From positions 992,001 through 1,056,000 of the forward strand of contig OY820591.1 in NCBI GenBank assembly GCA_963555985.3: a stretch of 64,000 bases of DNA, read 5' to 3'. The notes beneath the pieces are model-generated. The model made no database searches and was not told the DNA's origin. It saw only the letters and a list, made by a program, of their open reading frames with translations. Position 1 is the first letter of the stretch. Each line of letters starts with the position of its first letter. Below are positions 1 to 8,578 of this stretch, one piece after another. Both the position numbers and the translations under genes were made by a program. This stretch comes from Dehalococcoidia bacterium. GTDB taxonomy: Bacteria; Chloroflexota; Dehalococcoidia; Bin125.

Positions 1-1
1 A

Positions 2-2371
2 TAGCCGTTCAGAGATCAAGAGTCGGCCCGCTTTCGGCCAGAGGGTATGGAGAGGTTTGAGACGGCGGCCTGAGCGAGGTTCGACCAGAGGCGCGAGGTA
101 CTTGTCTGGCTCAGTGGTCAACGCACGCCGCACGTCAGAGTCGTGGTTCTCCACCATCGGATAGGCCGTCACCGCATCAGTGCGCTCGAATCCGTCCCAG
201 AGGTCGCGTCGGTCGGGTCCGATCTTGCCGAGTTCCCCGAGTGGACACAGCGGCAGCTCTACCGCTTGCGTCGCACCAGGTACCCACACTTCACCGTCGT
301 TGAGCAGACGTAACGCGCTGCGAGTCACGTCAGCGCGGGCGAACTGCACGCCCGACCACTTGTTGCCGTTCAGCTTGTCCTCGGACATCGACAGCAGTTC
401 GCCCACGTGCTGACCATCCACCGTGAGCAAGGCCGTACCCGAATTCTCAAACTTGGCCGGCGTCGTCGCCGCAACCGCATCGGCGACCCTGCCCGCCTCG
501 AAGATGCTTGGACTGTTGCGCCACAAGTTGACGAACGTCGTGCGATGATCGACGCTGCCGTTGGCCTGATCCCGCCGCGTCGCAATCAAGAGCGCCTCCG
601 ACAAGTCCGTGCTGTCCGAGAAGTTCCAGCGTGTCGGATCGTGCGAGACGATCACCGTATCCAGCGTGAAGTCGCGCTCGATCAGCGCTCTCGTCGGCGC
701 CCACGAGGGGCCGGTGCAGACGGTCGCGGGCAGCACCAGCGCCAGCCGTCCCTCGCCCGGGCGCAGCTTGGGCGCCGCCGCGGCGACAAAGGCCGCGCCC
801 AGCCCGGCCGTGGCGGTCGCATGGCGCTTGCGCAGCCGCGCCGCCAGTTCGTCCTGGAGCTTGCGCCGCTCCCCTTTGGGCAGGCTCCCGAACAGCAGAT
901 TGCCGCCCACCGAGCGCGTGAAGGGCGGATTCATGATCGCCAAATCCAGCTCGGGCAGCGTCGCCATCACGCCCGCCTCCACCCCCTGCGCGCCCTCGCC
1001 CGAAACCCGCTCCGCGCTCTGCGTCGCCACCTCCGGCGAGAGCGCAAACTGCACCGCCACCTGATCCTCGCCCAGAAAATCCAACGACCCCAGCGCCGCC
1101 TTGCCCCCGTCCGCGCCGTAGGGCATCACGTACAGGTTCATCCGGTCGAACTGAATCTGCGGATTGAGCATCGCCAGACTGGTCGCCGCAAAATGAACAG
1201 CCGAGAGTTGCACGTCGTAGCCGTGCAGCGCCTGCTCCACCATCGCCTTGTGCAGCGCCGCCGACTGCGTCCCGCCCGCCGCCTCGTGCCGACGCTCCAC
1301 CTCCGACGCCACCGCCATCAGCAGCGTCCCCGTCCCGCAGGCCAGATCCGCCACATTCAGCGAAGCCGGAAACTCATGGTCGCGCCAGTCCACCCCCGCC
1401 GGCCAATCCTCAAACACCAGCCGCGCCAGCAGCGTCGCCGCCGGTACCGAGGTGTAATACGCCCCCGTAAACTTGGCGTCGCTCAGCAACGTATGAAACA
1501 GCCGCCCCGAAAGGTCGTGGCCTTCGACCTTATTGGTCTCATGCACCGCTTTGATCAGCGGCTCCAGCACCAGACGCGGGCGTGGCTTTGGCGCGTACCA
1601 CAGAATTCTCACCAGATCGGCGGCCAGCTCGAACACCGGCACATAGTCGATTTCGTCGCAAATCTTGCGCCAAGCCGCCTCCAGCTTGCGAACATCCTCG
1701 TCCATCACCTCGTTGATCGCGGGCACGTCGTCGCGCACATCGGCGAGTCGCTCCTGAAACGCGAGCGCATTGAAGAGCACGAGACAGCCGATCCGCTGCG
1801 CGGCGGCGCGGTTCTTCTCGTCGTCGGTTTCGGCGATGGCGTCCGCCACCAGACGTGCGATCCGCGCGTGTTGACGCAGCGCTTTGGCGGCCTGTTCCAG
1901 CGCATAGCCAATCGCAACGGCCGCCGCCGCCACACGATCCGCGCCCTCGACTTCCAGCGGCAACAGCCGCAGCTGATCGGCAAACTGATCGACCGTCCCC
2001 TCCCGCACAGGCGGATCCTCATACGCCGTCCCCCGCGAGCTATGCAGAAACCACTCCAGATTGAGCGTGTGCTCCAACTCATCCAGAATGTCGTCCTCGG
2101 TCTTCAGCCACTCCGGATAGAGCACGCCCACCCGCGCGATCGCCTCCGGGAAATCCCCCACCCGCTGCGCGAGTTGCGCGTCCAAATCCGCGCGTCCGCT
2201 CTCCCACTTGCACTCGATCAACACCAACTCGCCCGTCGCCAGCTCAAAGCGCAGATCCGGCGTATCCCCCCGGCTGCGCCGCTCCGCCCGCGCGTTCACC
2301 CCCCGCGCCCGCAGCAACTGCCCCAGCAGCGGATTGACTGCTTCCTCACGCGCCGTCTCAGCATTCGCCAT
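2..2371 (-). CDS. Fused restriction endonuclease / N6-adenine DNA methyltransferase (type IIG-like), 3' end truncated by the window edge
   Basis: Manual translation from ATG 2371 gives an N-terminal PD-(D/E)xK-like motif (TPDLRF...LIECKW), GAYYTS, MTase motif I (VADLACGTGTLL), motif IV (IMNPPF, ATG codon at 934 in the same frame) and motif VI-VIII-like GRLALVLP...NFSDST. The segments I translated are open to the window edge. It is missing from the ORF track because the window contains no stop codon for it. Confidence 0.9.
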   Translation of the reverse strand, partial: MANAETAREEAVNPLLGQLLRARGVNARAERRSRGDTPDLRFELATGELVLIECKWESGRADLDAQLAQRVGDFPEAIARVGVLYPEWLKTEDDILDELEHTLNLEWFLHSSRGTAYEDPPVREGTVDQFADQLRLLPLEVEGADRVAAAAVAIGYALEQAAKALRQHARIARLVADAIAETDDEKNRAAAQRIGCLVLFNALAFQERLADVRDDVPAINEVMDEDVRKLEAAWRKICDEIDYVPVFELAADLVRILWYAPKPRPRLVLEPLIKAVHETNKVEGHDLSGRLFHTLLSDAKFTGAYYTSVPAATLLARLVFEDWPAGVDWRDHEFPASLNVADLACGTGTLLMAVASEVERRHEAAGGTQSAALHKAMVEQALHGYDVQLSAVHFAATSLAMLNPQIQFDRMNLYVMPYGADGGKAALGSLDFLGEDQVAVQFALSPEVATQSAERVSGEGAQGVEAGVMATLPELDLAIMNPPFTRSVGGNLLFGSLPKGERRKLQDELAARLRKRHATATAGLGAAFVAAAAPKLRPGEGRLALVLPATVCTGPSWAPTRALIERDFTLDTVIVSHDPTRWNFSDSTDLSEALLIATRRDQANGSVDHRTTFVNLWRNSPSIFEAGRVADAVAATTPAKFENSGTALLTVDGQHVGELLSMSEDKLNGNKWSGVQFARADVTRSALRLLNDGEVWVPGATQAVELPLCPLGELGKIGPDRRDLWDGFERTDAVTAYPMVENHDSDVRRALTTEPDKYLAPLVEPRSGRRLKPLHTLWPKAGRLLISERL

Positions 2372-2410
2372 ACCCGGATTGTCGCACAAGCCTGATACGC
2401 TCGAACCCCC

Positions 2411-2486
2411 GGGGCCGTAGCTCAGCCGGGAGAGCGCCGCCCTTGCACGGCGGAGGTCAGGGGTTCAAATCCCCTCGGCTCCACCA
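2411..2486 (+). tRNA. tRNA-Ala(TGC)
   Basis: 76-nt cloverleaf GGGGCCGTAGCTCAG..., anticodon arm CCGCC-CT-TGC-AC-GGCGG, T-loop GGTTCAAATCC, encoded CCA end. Confidence 0.97.
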
Positions 2487-2507
2487 ACCTGTGCTACCCT
2501 GTGCCTC

Positions 2508-2628
2508 GAGCTGGTGATCAGAGCGCGGCGGCCCCACCCGTTCCCATCCCGAACACGGAAGTGAAACGCCGCAGCGCCGACGATACTGGGGGGGCGACCC
2601 CCTGCGGAAAATAGGCCATTGCCAGCTC
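2508..2628 (+). rRNA. rrf: 5S rRNA (no adjacent 23S or 16S)
   Basis: Conserved 5S motifs CCACCCGTTCCCATCCCGAACACGGAAGTGAAAC and GCGCCGACGATACTG; terminal helix GAGCTGG...CCAGCTC. Confidence 0.95.
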
Positions 2629-2645
2629 ACTCCGACCACGCCACG

Positions 2646-2674
2646 CCGCCCGCTCTGACGGGCGGTTCGTCGTT
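2646..2674 (+). terminator. Putative intrinsic terminator after 5S rRNA
   Basis: Hairpin CCGCCC-GCTCTGAC-GGGCGG followed by TTCGTCGTT. Confidence 0.5.
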
Positions 2675-2784
2675 AAGGCCGATTGCTGCGGCGCATTTCC
2701 CCCGGAAGCAGACCGCGCCTGTGCTAATCTCGCCATAACCCCTGAAAGGAGCCGGGCGCGTTCTTCGCCGCCCACCACCTGCCG

Positions 2785-4248
2785 TTGACCACTTCTAGCA
2801 CCAACACCGAACCCCTGACCGTCGCCGAACCCGCTGCGGCGGTCGCCACCGCCGAGCCCGCAGACCCGTCATCCGAACCGATGACGATGGACGAACTCCT
2901 GGCCGAACCCGGCCGCGAACCGCTCAACCCGCGCCGCGGCGACATCGTCGAAGGCATCGTCGTCCACTGGAGCGGCAACGACCTGATCGTCGATGTCGGC
3001 GCCAAATCCGAGGGCGTCGTCCACTACGACGAAATGCGCTCGCTCGCCGAACCCGACCGCGACCTCCTCCGCACCGGCGCGCCCGTCCACGTCTACGTCA
3101 CCGACTCCGAGTCCGAAGGCGGCTCGCTCGAGCTCTCCATCGACCGCGCCCGCGGCGAGCAGGGCTGGCACGAATTGCAGCGCCGCTTCGACGAGAACGA
3201 AGTCTTCGACGCCCGCGTGACCGGCTCCAACAAGGGCGGCCTCTTGGTCAACGTCGAGGGCGTCAACGCCTTCGTCCCGCTCAGCCAGATCGTCGAGATC
3301 ACCGGCGACCGCGAGACCGCGATCGCCCAGCTGGGCGAATACGAGGGCCGCAGCCTCCGCTTCAAGGTGATCGAGATCAATCGCCGCCGCAACCGCGTCA
3401 TCCTCTCCGAGCGCGCCGCCGTCCAGGAATGGCGCGCGGAACAGAAGGATCGCCTGCTCGAAGAGCTGCACGAAGGCGAGATCCGCCAAGGCCGGATCAC
3501 CAGCATTCGCCAGTTCGGCGTCTTCGTCGATTTGGGCGGAGCCGACGGCCTCGCCCATCTCTCCGAACTCTCCTGGGAGCGAGACGTCGATCCCGAGACG
3601 ATGTTCAGCATCGGCCAGACGGTCAACGTCTACATCACCAAGATCGACAAAGAGGCGAAGAAGATCGGCCTCTCTATCCGCCGCGCCTCGCCCGAGCAAT
3701 GGGACGAAGTCGTGGCCAAATTCGAGGTCGGCGAGATCGTCCCCAGCGTCGTCACCAAACTGGTCACCTTCGGCGCCTTCGCGCGGCTCGAGGGCCCGGT
3801 TGAGGGCTTGGTCCACGTCTCCGAACTGGCCGATCGCCGGATCACCCATCCGCGCGAGGTGGTCTTGGAGAACGACATCATCCCCGTCAAGATCGTGCGG
3901 ATCGAGCGCGACCGTCACCGCCTCGGTCTGAGCCTGCGCCAGGCTCGCACCGACGCCGAGCGCGCTGGTTGGATCTTCAACCACGAGGGCGGCATCATCC
4001 GAATGCCCGACGAGGTCGCCGAGCGCTTCGGGATCGCTCAGGAAGCCGCGCCCCCGCCCCCGCCCGCGCCGGAACCGTCCACCGACGAAGCCGAGGCCGC
4101 GCCTGAGCCCGGCGATCGCCGCCGTCCGCGTCCCGATCAGGACGCACAGCGCGAGCCCGAGCAGGTGCGCCCGCTCTCCGCGATGGAGCAGGCGCTCCAA
4201 CGCGCAGGCGTCACCGAGCAGGACTTCGAGCGCCGCGACAACCAGTAA
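2785..4248 (+). CDS. rpsA: 30S ribosomal protein S1 (four S1 domains, Pro/Glu-rich tail)
   Basis: S1 repeats VDVGAKSEG, NKGGLLV..AFVPLSQ, FGVFVDLGGADGLAHLSEL, FGAFARL..VEGLVHVSEL. Start could alternatively be ATG 2881. Confidence 0.92.
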   Translation: MTTSSTNTEPLTVAEPAAAVATAEPADPSSEPMTMDELLAEPGREPLNPRRGDIVEGIVVHWSGNDLIVDVGAKSEGVVHYDEMRSLAEPDRDLLRTGAPVHVYVTDSESEGGSLELSIDRARGEQGWHELQRRFDENEVFDARVTGSNKGGLLVNVEGVNAFVPLSQIVEITGDRETAIAQLGEYEGRSLRFKVIEINRRRNRVILSERAAVQEWRAEQKDRLLEELHEGEIRQGRITSIRQFGVFVDLGGADGLAHLSELSWERDVDPETMFSIGQTVNVYITKIDKEAKKIGLSIRRASPEQWDEVVAKFEVGEIVPSVVTKLVTFGAFARLEGPVEGLVHVSELADRRITHPREVVLENDIIPVKIVRIERDRHRLGLSLRQARTDAERAGWIFNHEGGIIRMPDEVAERFGIAQEAAPPPPPAPEPSTDEAEAAPEPGDRRRPRPDQDAQREPEQVRPLSAMEQALQRAGVTEQDFERRDNQ

Positions 4249-4469
4249 CACGCAACGTCATTCGCATGACGGAGCCAAGCCCAGTGCTGTCCAATACTGG
4301 CGTGGACGTCCCCGATCTGTCGTCAGAATGTGACCCGATCGCTGTGCGCCCACGCAGCGTCGCTGGTAGGCTTGAGACACCGCCACGCGCAGATCGCACG
4401 ACCCTGCGCCCGCCCGTTGGACCGTAGCGCCGCCGCAATCTTGCGCAGCATCTTGCAGGGAGCACCGAC

Positions 4470-7049
4470 ATGGCCGACCGCTTTGACAAGTTCACCGAGC
4501 GCGCGCGCCGTGTGCTCACCCTGGCTCAGGAAGAAGCCCAGCGCTTCAACCACAACTACATCGGCACCGAGCATCTCTTGCTCGGCCTCGTCCGCGAGGG
4601 CGACGGCGTCGCCGCCAAGGTGCTCTCGAATCTGGGCGTCGAGCTAGGCAAAGTCCGCTCGGCGGTCGAATTCATCATCGGCCGCGGCGACCGCGCCGTG
4701 CTCGGCGAGATTGGCCTCACCCCCCGCGCCAAGAAGGTGATCGAGCTCGCGGTCGACGAAGCGCGCCGCCTCAACCACCACTACATCGGCACCGAGCACT
4801 TGCTGCTTGGCCTCGTCCGCGAGGGCGAGGGCATCGCCGCCGGCGTGCTGGAGAGTCTCGGCGTCAACCTCGAGCGCGTGCGCGCCGAGACCACCCGCAT
4901 CCTCTCCCAGAGCGGCCCCGCGACTGCCGGTGCCGGCGCTGGCTCCGGCTCGCGCCAGTCCACCCGCACGCCCACGATCGACCAACTCGGTTTCGACCTC
5001 ACCGCTGCCGCGCGAGCGGGCACGCTCGATCCGGTCATCGGCCGCACCAAAGAAATCCAGCGGGTCGTCCAGATTCTCTCCCGTCGAACCAAGAACAACC
5101 CGGTCCTGATCGGTGAGCCGGGCGTCGGCAAGACCGCCGTCGTCGAAGGTCTGGCCCAACACATCGCCTCCGGCGACGTGCCCGAGACCCTCCAGGGCAA
5201 GCGCCTGCTCACCCTCGACATCGGCTCCCTCGTCGCGGGCACCAAGTACCGCGGCGAGTTCGAGGAGCGCCTCAAGAAGGTCGTCGAAGAGATCAAGGGT
5301 GCCGGCAACTGCGTGCTCTTCATCGACGAACTGCACATGCTCGTCGGCGCAGGCGCAGCCGAGGGCGCGGTCGACGCCGCCAACATCCTCAAGCCCTCGC
5401 TGGCCCGAGGCGAACTCCAGACCATCGGCGCGACCACGCTTGACGACTACCGCAAGCACATCGAGCGCGATGCCGCCCTCGAGCGCCGCTTCCAGCCCAT
5501 TGTCGTGGACGAGCCGACAGTCGAAGAGACAATCGAAATCCTGCGCGGCATCAAAGACCGCTACGAGGAGCACCACAAGCTCGAAATCACGGACGAAGCC
5601 CTCGTCGCCGCAGCGGAAATGTCCTCCCGCTACATCAGCGACCGCGCCCTGCCGGACAAGGCCATCGACCTGATCGACGAGTCCGCCTCGCGCGTCCGCA
5701 TTCGCCGTTCCTACACCCCGCCCAGTCTCAAGGAAGCCACTGTTGGCCTCGAAGGCATCCGCAAGGAGAAGGAACAGGCGATCAACCAGCAGCAGTACGA
5801 GTACGCCGCCGACCTCCGCGACCGCGAGCTCAAGCTGCAAGAGCGCATCGCCGAACTCGAAGCCGACCTCGATCAGGAACGCGACCGCGACTCCACCGAC
5901 GTGCTCGCCGAGGACATCGCCGAGGTTGTCTCGATGTGGACGGGCATCCCCCTCGTCCAGATCGCGACCGAGGAGTCCGAGCGGCTGCTCCACATGGAGG
6001 AAGACCTGCACGAGCGCATCGTCGGCCAGGAAGAGCCGATCGTCGCCCTGGCCAAGGCCGTTCGCCGCGCCCGCGCCGGTCTCAAAGATCCCCGCCGCCC
6101 GATCGGCGTCTTCATGTTCCTCGGCCCGACCGGCGTCGGCAAGACCGAACTCGCCCGCGCCCTCGCCGACTTCATGTTCGGCTCCGATGACAACATGATC
6201 CGCCTCGACATGTCCGAGTTCATGGAGCGCCACACCGTCGCCCGCCTGGTCGGTGCGCCTCCCGGCTACGTCGGCTACGACGACGGCGGCCAGCTCACCG
6301 ACACCGTCCGCCGTAAGTCCTACTGCCTGATCCTGCTCGACGAGATCGAGAAGGCACACCCCGAAGTCTTCAACATGCTCCTCCAGGTCTTCGACGACGG
6401 TCACCTGACTGACGCCAAGGGCCGCCGCGTGGACTTCCGCAACACGATCATCATCATGACCTCCAACGTCGGCTCCGACCTGATCCGCCGCGAGACCGCC
6501 ATCGGCTTCTCCACGATCAGCGACGAAGACCAGACCGAGCGCCAGCGCTACGAGCGCATGAAGGACAAGGTGCTTCAGGAGATGAAGCGCGTCTTCCGGC
6601 CCGAGTTCCTCAACCGTGTCGACACCACCCTCGTCTTCCACCCGCTGAGCAAGGCTCACATCCGCATGATCGTGGACATGATGCTCAAGGAAGTCGATTC
6701 CCGCATCCGCGAGAAGGGAGTCGAACTCGACGTCACCGAGACCGCGCGGGATTGGCTCGGCGAAAAGGGCTACGACCCCGTCTTCGGCGCCCGTCCCTTG
6801 CGCCGCGTGATCCAGGAGCGCCTCGAAGACTCGCTCTCCGAAGCCCTGCTGCGCGGCGACTTCAAACCCGGCGACACCATCCGCGTCGAACTCTCCAAGG
6901 AGCTCAACGAGAACGGCGTCGAGGAAGACATGCTCCACTACGAGCGCATCGAAGGCCTCACGCCCGCCGAAGAGATCGCCGCCGAGGTCGAAGCCGCAGC
7001 CGAAGGCGAGTCCGGCGAAGAAGAAGGCGAAGCCGTCGCCACTTCCTAA
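4470..7049 (+). CDS. clpC: ATP-dependent Clp protease ATP-binding subunit ClpC
   Basis: Two Clp-N repeats, Walker A motifs GEPGVGKT and GPTGVGKT, a UVR coiled coil, and the IGF ClpP-binding loop. Confidence 0.96.
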   Translation: MADRFDKFTERARRVLTLAQEEAQRFNHNYIGTEHLLLGLVREGDGVAAKVLSNLGVELGKVRSAVEFIIGRGDRAVLGEIGLTPRAKKVIELAVDEARRLNHHYIGTEHLLLGLVREGEGIAAGVLESLGVNLERVRAETTRILSQSGPATAGAGAGSGSRQSTRTPTIDQLGFDLTAAARAGTLDPVIGRTKEIQRVVQILSRRTKNNPVLIGEPGVGKTAVVEGLAQHIASGDVPETLQGKRLLTLDIGSLVAGTKYRGEFEERLKKVVEEIKGAGNCVLFIDELHMLVGAGAAEGAVDAANILKPSLARGELQTIGATTLDDYRKHIERDAALERRFQPIVVDEPTVEETIEILRGIKDRYEEHHKLEITDEALVAAAEMSSRYISDRALPDKAIDLIDESASRVRIRRSYTPPSLKEATVGLEGIRKEKEQAINQQQYEYAADLRDRELKLQERIAELEADLDQERDRDSTDVLAEDIAEVVSMWTGIPLVQIATEESERLLHMEEDLHERIVGQEEPIVALAKAVRRARAGLKDPRRPIGVFMFLGPTGVGKTELARALADFMFGSDDNMIRLDMSEFMERHTVARLVGAPPGYVGYDDGGQLTDTVRRKSYCLILLDEIEKAHPEVFNMLLQVFDDGHLTDAKGRRVDFRNTIIIMTSNVGSDLIRRETAIGFSTISDEDQTERQRYERMKDKVLQEMKRVFRPEFLNRVDTTLVFHPLSKAHIRMIVDMMLKEVDSRIREKGVELDVTETARDWLGEKGYDPVFGARPLRRVIQERLEDSLSEALLRGDFKPGDTIRVELSKELNENGVEEDMLHYERIEGLTPAEEIAAEVEAAAEGESGEEEGEAVATS

Positions 7050-7077
7050 CCCCCGTGCCCACTTCACGCGGGGACCT

Positions 7078-7335
7078 GCTCTCCTCTCCCCCCACCGCGG
7101 AGCCTCTCCCCGCGTAGGGAGGCCTGTGCAAAACCCCATTTCCGTCATTCCTGCGTAGCCTGCCCCTGGCTTGAACAGGGGGCAGGAATCTCGAAGCAAC
7201 CAAGTCCGAAGCTGCCTCCAAATCTGGTCGTACCACCAACCCTCACATCGCACTCCCCTCTCCCCCCCTCTGCGGGGGGAGATGTCCCCTAGAGCCTGCC
7301 CCCGCGTAGGCGGGGGGACAGAGGGGGGGTTCCCC
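7078..7335. repeat. Cluster of REP-like palindromes, including nested copies
   Basis: GTCATTCCTGCG...GCAGGAATC at 7144-7190 and CCCTCTCCCCC..GGGGGAGATGTCCC..GGACAGAGGGGG at 7255-7330, each carrying an inserted AGCCTGCCCC-hairpin module. Confidence 0.85.
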
Positions 7336-7360
7336 CTTCCATAAACCACGACACACAACC

Positions 7361-7418
7361 CCGAACACCAATTCACTATAGTCATCACAGAACGTCCGTA
7401 TCACTACCCGAAAGGACA
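7361..7418 (+). promoter_or_regulatory. Putative promoter with LexA-like boxes and RBS
   Basis: GAAC-ACCA-ATTC (7363-7374), -10 TATAGT (7377-7382), a second GAAC-GTCC-GTAT (7390-7401), and RBS AAAGGA. Confidence 0.5.
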
Positions 7419-7422
7419 TCCC

Positions 7423-8136
7423 ATGCAGATCCACCCCGCCCGACGCCGCCGCGCGCTCCACGTCCACTACCTCCAACAGTGCGGCCACTCCCTGCGCAAG
7501 ATCGCCGAGCAACTCGGCGTCTCCCACACCACCGTCCGCGACGACCTCCGACTGGTCGAATCCCACTGGAGCAGCATCGCCGCCCCGGCGGCCGACGATC
7601 TCTTGCTCGAATCCCTGCAACTGCTCCAGTTCCGACTCGTCCTCGCCACCCGCGACGACGAAGTCGCCCGTCTCTCAGACCGCCTCACCCCCGTCGAGTA
7701 CCTCCGCGCCCGCGACGCCCAGGACGCTCAACTCACCGCGCTCGCGCGCGAAGTCCGGCGCACCGTCGGCGAGGTTCACCGCCGCGCCGAGCAGCGCCCC
7801 GACCAACCCGGCCTCGACGCTGAGGAAGCCCAAGCCCCGGCCGAAGCCCCCCAACCTTCCACAGCCTTACAGCCCGAATCGACGATCTCCCAGCCGGAAC
7901 AGGAGATCGTCGAAAATCCAGCCCCGGAGGAAAAAATTCCCCCGCCCACGATCCAAGCCCCACCCAATCTCCAGGCCGAGGAAACGCCAACCCCAGCCGA
8001 ACCCCCCGAGGTTTCCACAGCCTTACAGCCGGAATCGACGATCGCCAATGCAGAGCGGGAGATCGTCGAAATTCCGGCCCCGCAGGAAAAAATTCCTTCC
8101 ACCCCCATCCAAATCCAGACCGCAGCCGCCGGCTAG
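7423..8136 (+). CDS. N-terminal helix-turn-helix protein with a duplicated Pro/Glu-rich C-terminal tail
   Basis: HTH signature GHSLRKIAEQLGVSHTTVRDDL, good RBS, and a 52-aa (156-bp) internal duplication. Confidence 0.75.
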   Translation: MQIHPARRRRALHVHYLQQCGHSLRKIAEQLGVSHTTVRDDLRLVESHWSSIAAPAADDLLLESLQLLQFRLVLATRDDEVARLSDRLTPVEYLRARDAQDAQLTALAREVRRTVGEVHRRAEQRPDQPGLDAEEAQAPAEAPQPSTALQPESTISQPEQEIVENPAPEEKIPPPTIQAPPNLQAEETPTPAEPPEVSTALQPESTIANAEREIVEIPAPQEKIPSTPIQIQTAAAG

Positions 8137-8138
8137 GT

Positions 8139-8350
8139 CCCCTCTCCCCCCCTTGCGGGGGGAGATGTCCCGTAGAGCCTGCCCCCGCGAAGGCGGGGGG
8201 ACAGAGGGGGTCCCCTCTACATCTGAGCAGACGAGATCACACGGCAACAGCAATCACCCCAGCCCCCGCTGCCTTCAGCATCTCCCTCCGTAGGCGTGAA
8301 GGGAGATGCCGCAGTCTGCCCCTAGCCTGAACAGGGGACAGAGAGGGCGA
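8139..8350. repeat. REP-like palindromes (two copies with nested module)
   Basis: 8139-8211 is near-identical to 7255-7330; 8280-8348 is a variant copy. Confidence 0.85.
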
Positions 8351-8578
8351 GAACACCGTGCCACTCTCCCACCCAACCTGACCATGACGAACAAACCCGA
8401 ACATCCCGAACAGCATCAGCACAGCCGGCACAGGAGCTCCGCGATCTGCCACGCCGTCGAGATTGTTCTCCCCCTTTCACTTCCGCAGACGCGACGAAAA
8501 CATGAATTATGCACCGGTCTCCGCTAACCTGCACCCGTCGTTTGTGAAGCCGGCCGGCGACTAGAAACAGGATCTGAG

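Noticed and set aside
407-2395. 662-aa Arg-rich + strand ORF
   Set aside because: It is the antisense shadow of the minus-strand restriction-modification gene, which has clear catalytic motifs.
4249-4469. CIRCE or CtsR operator upstream of clpC
   Set aside because: No TTAGCACTC-N9-GAGTGCTAA or convincing GTCAAA direct repeat is visible.
2869-7388. Long minus-strand ORFs 2869-4251 (460 aa) and 4644-7388 (914 aa)
   Set aside because: They are antisense shadows of rpsA and clpC, caused by high-GC codon bias, and show no motifs. The same applies to most other overlapping ORFs in the track.
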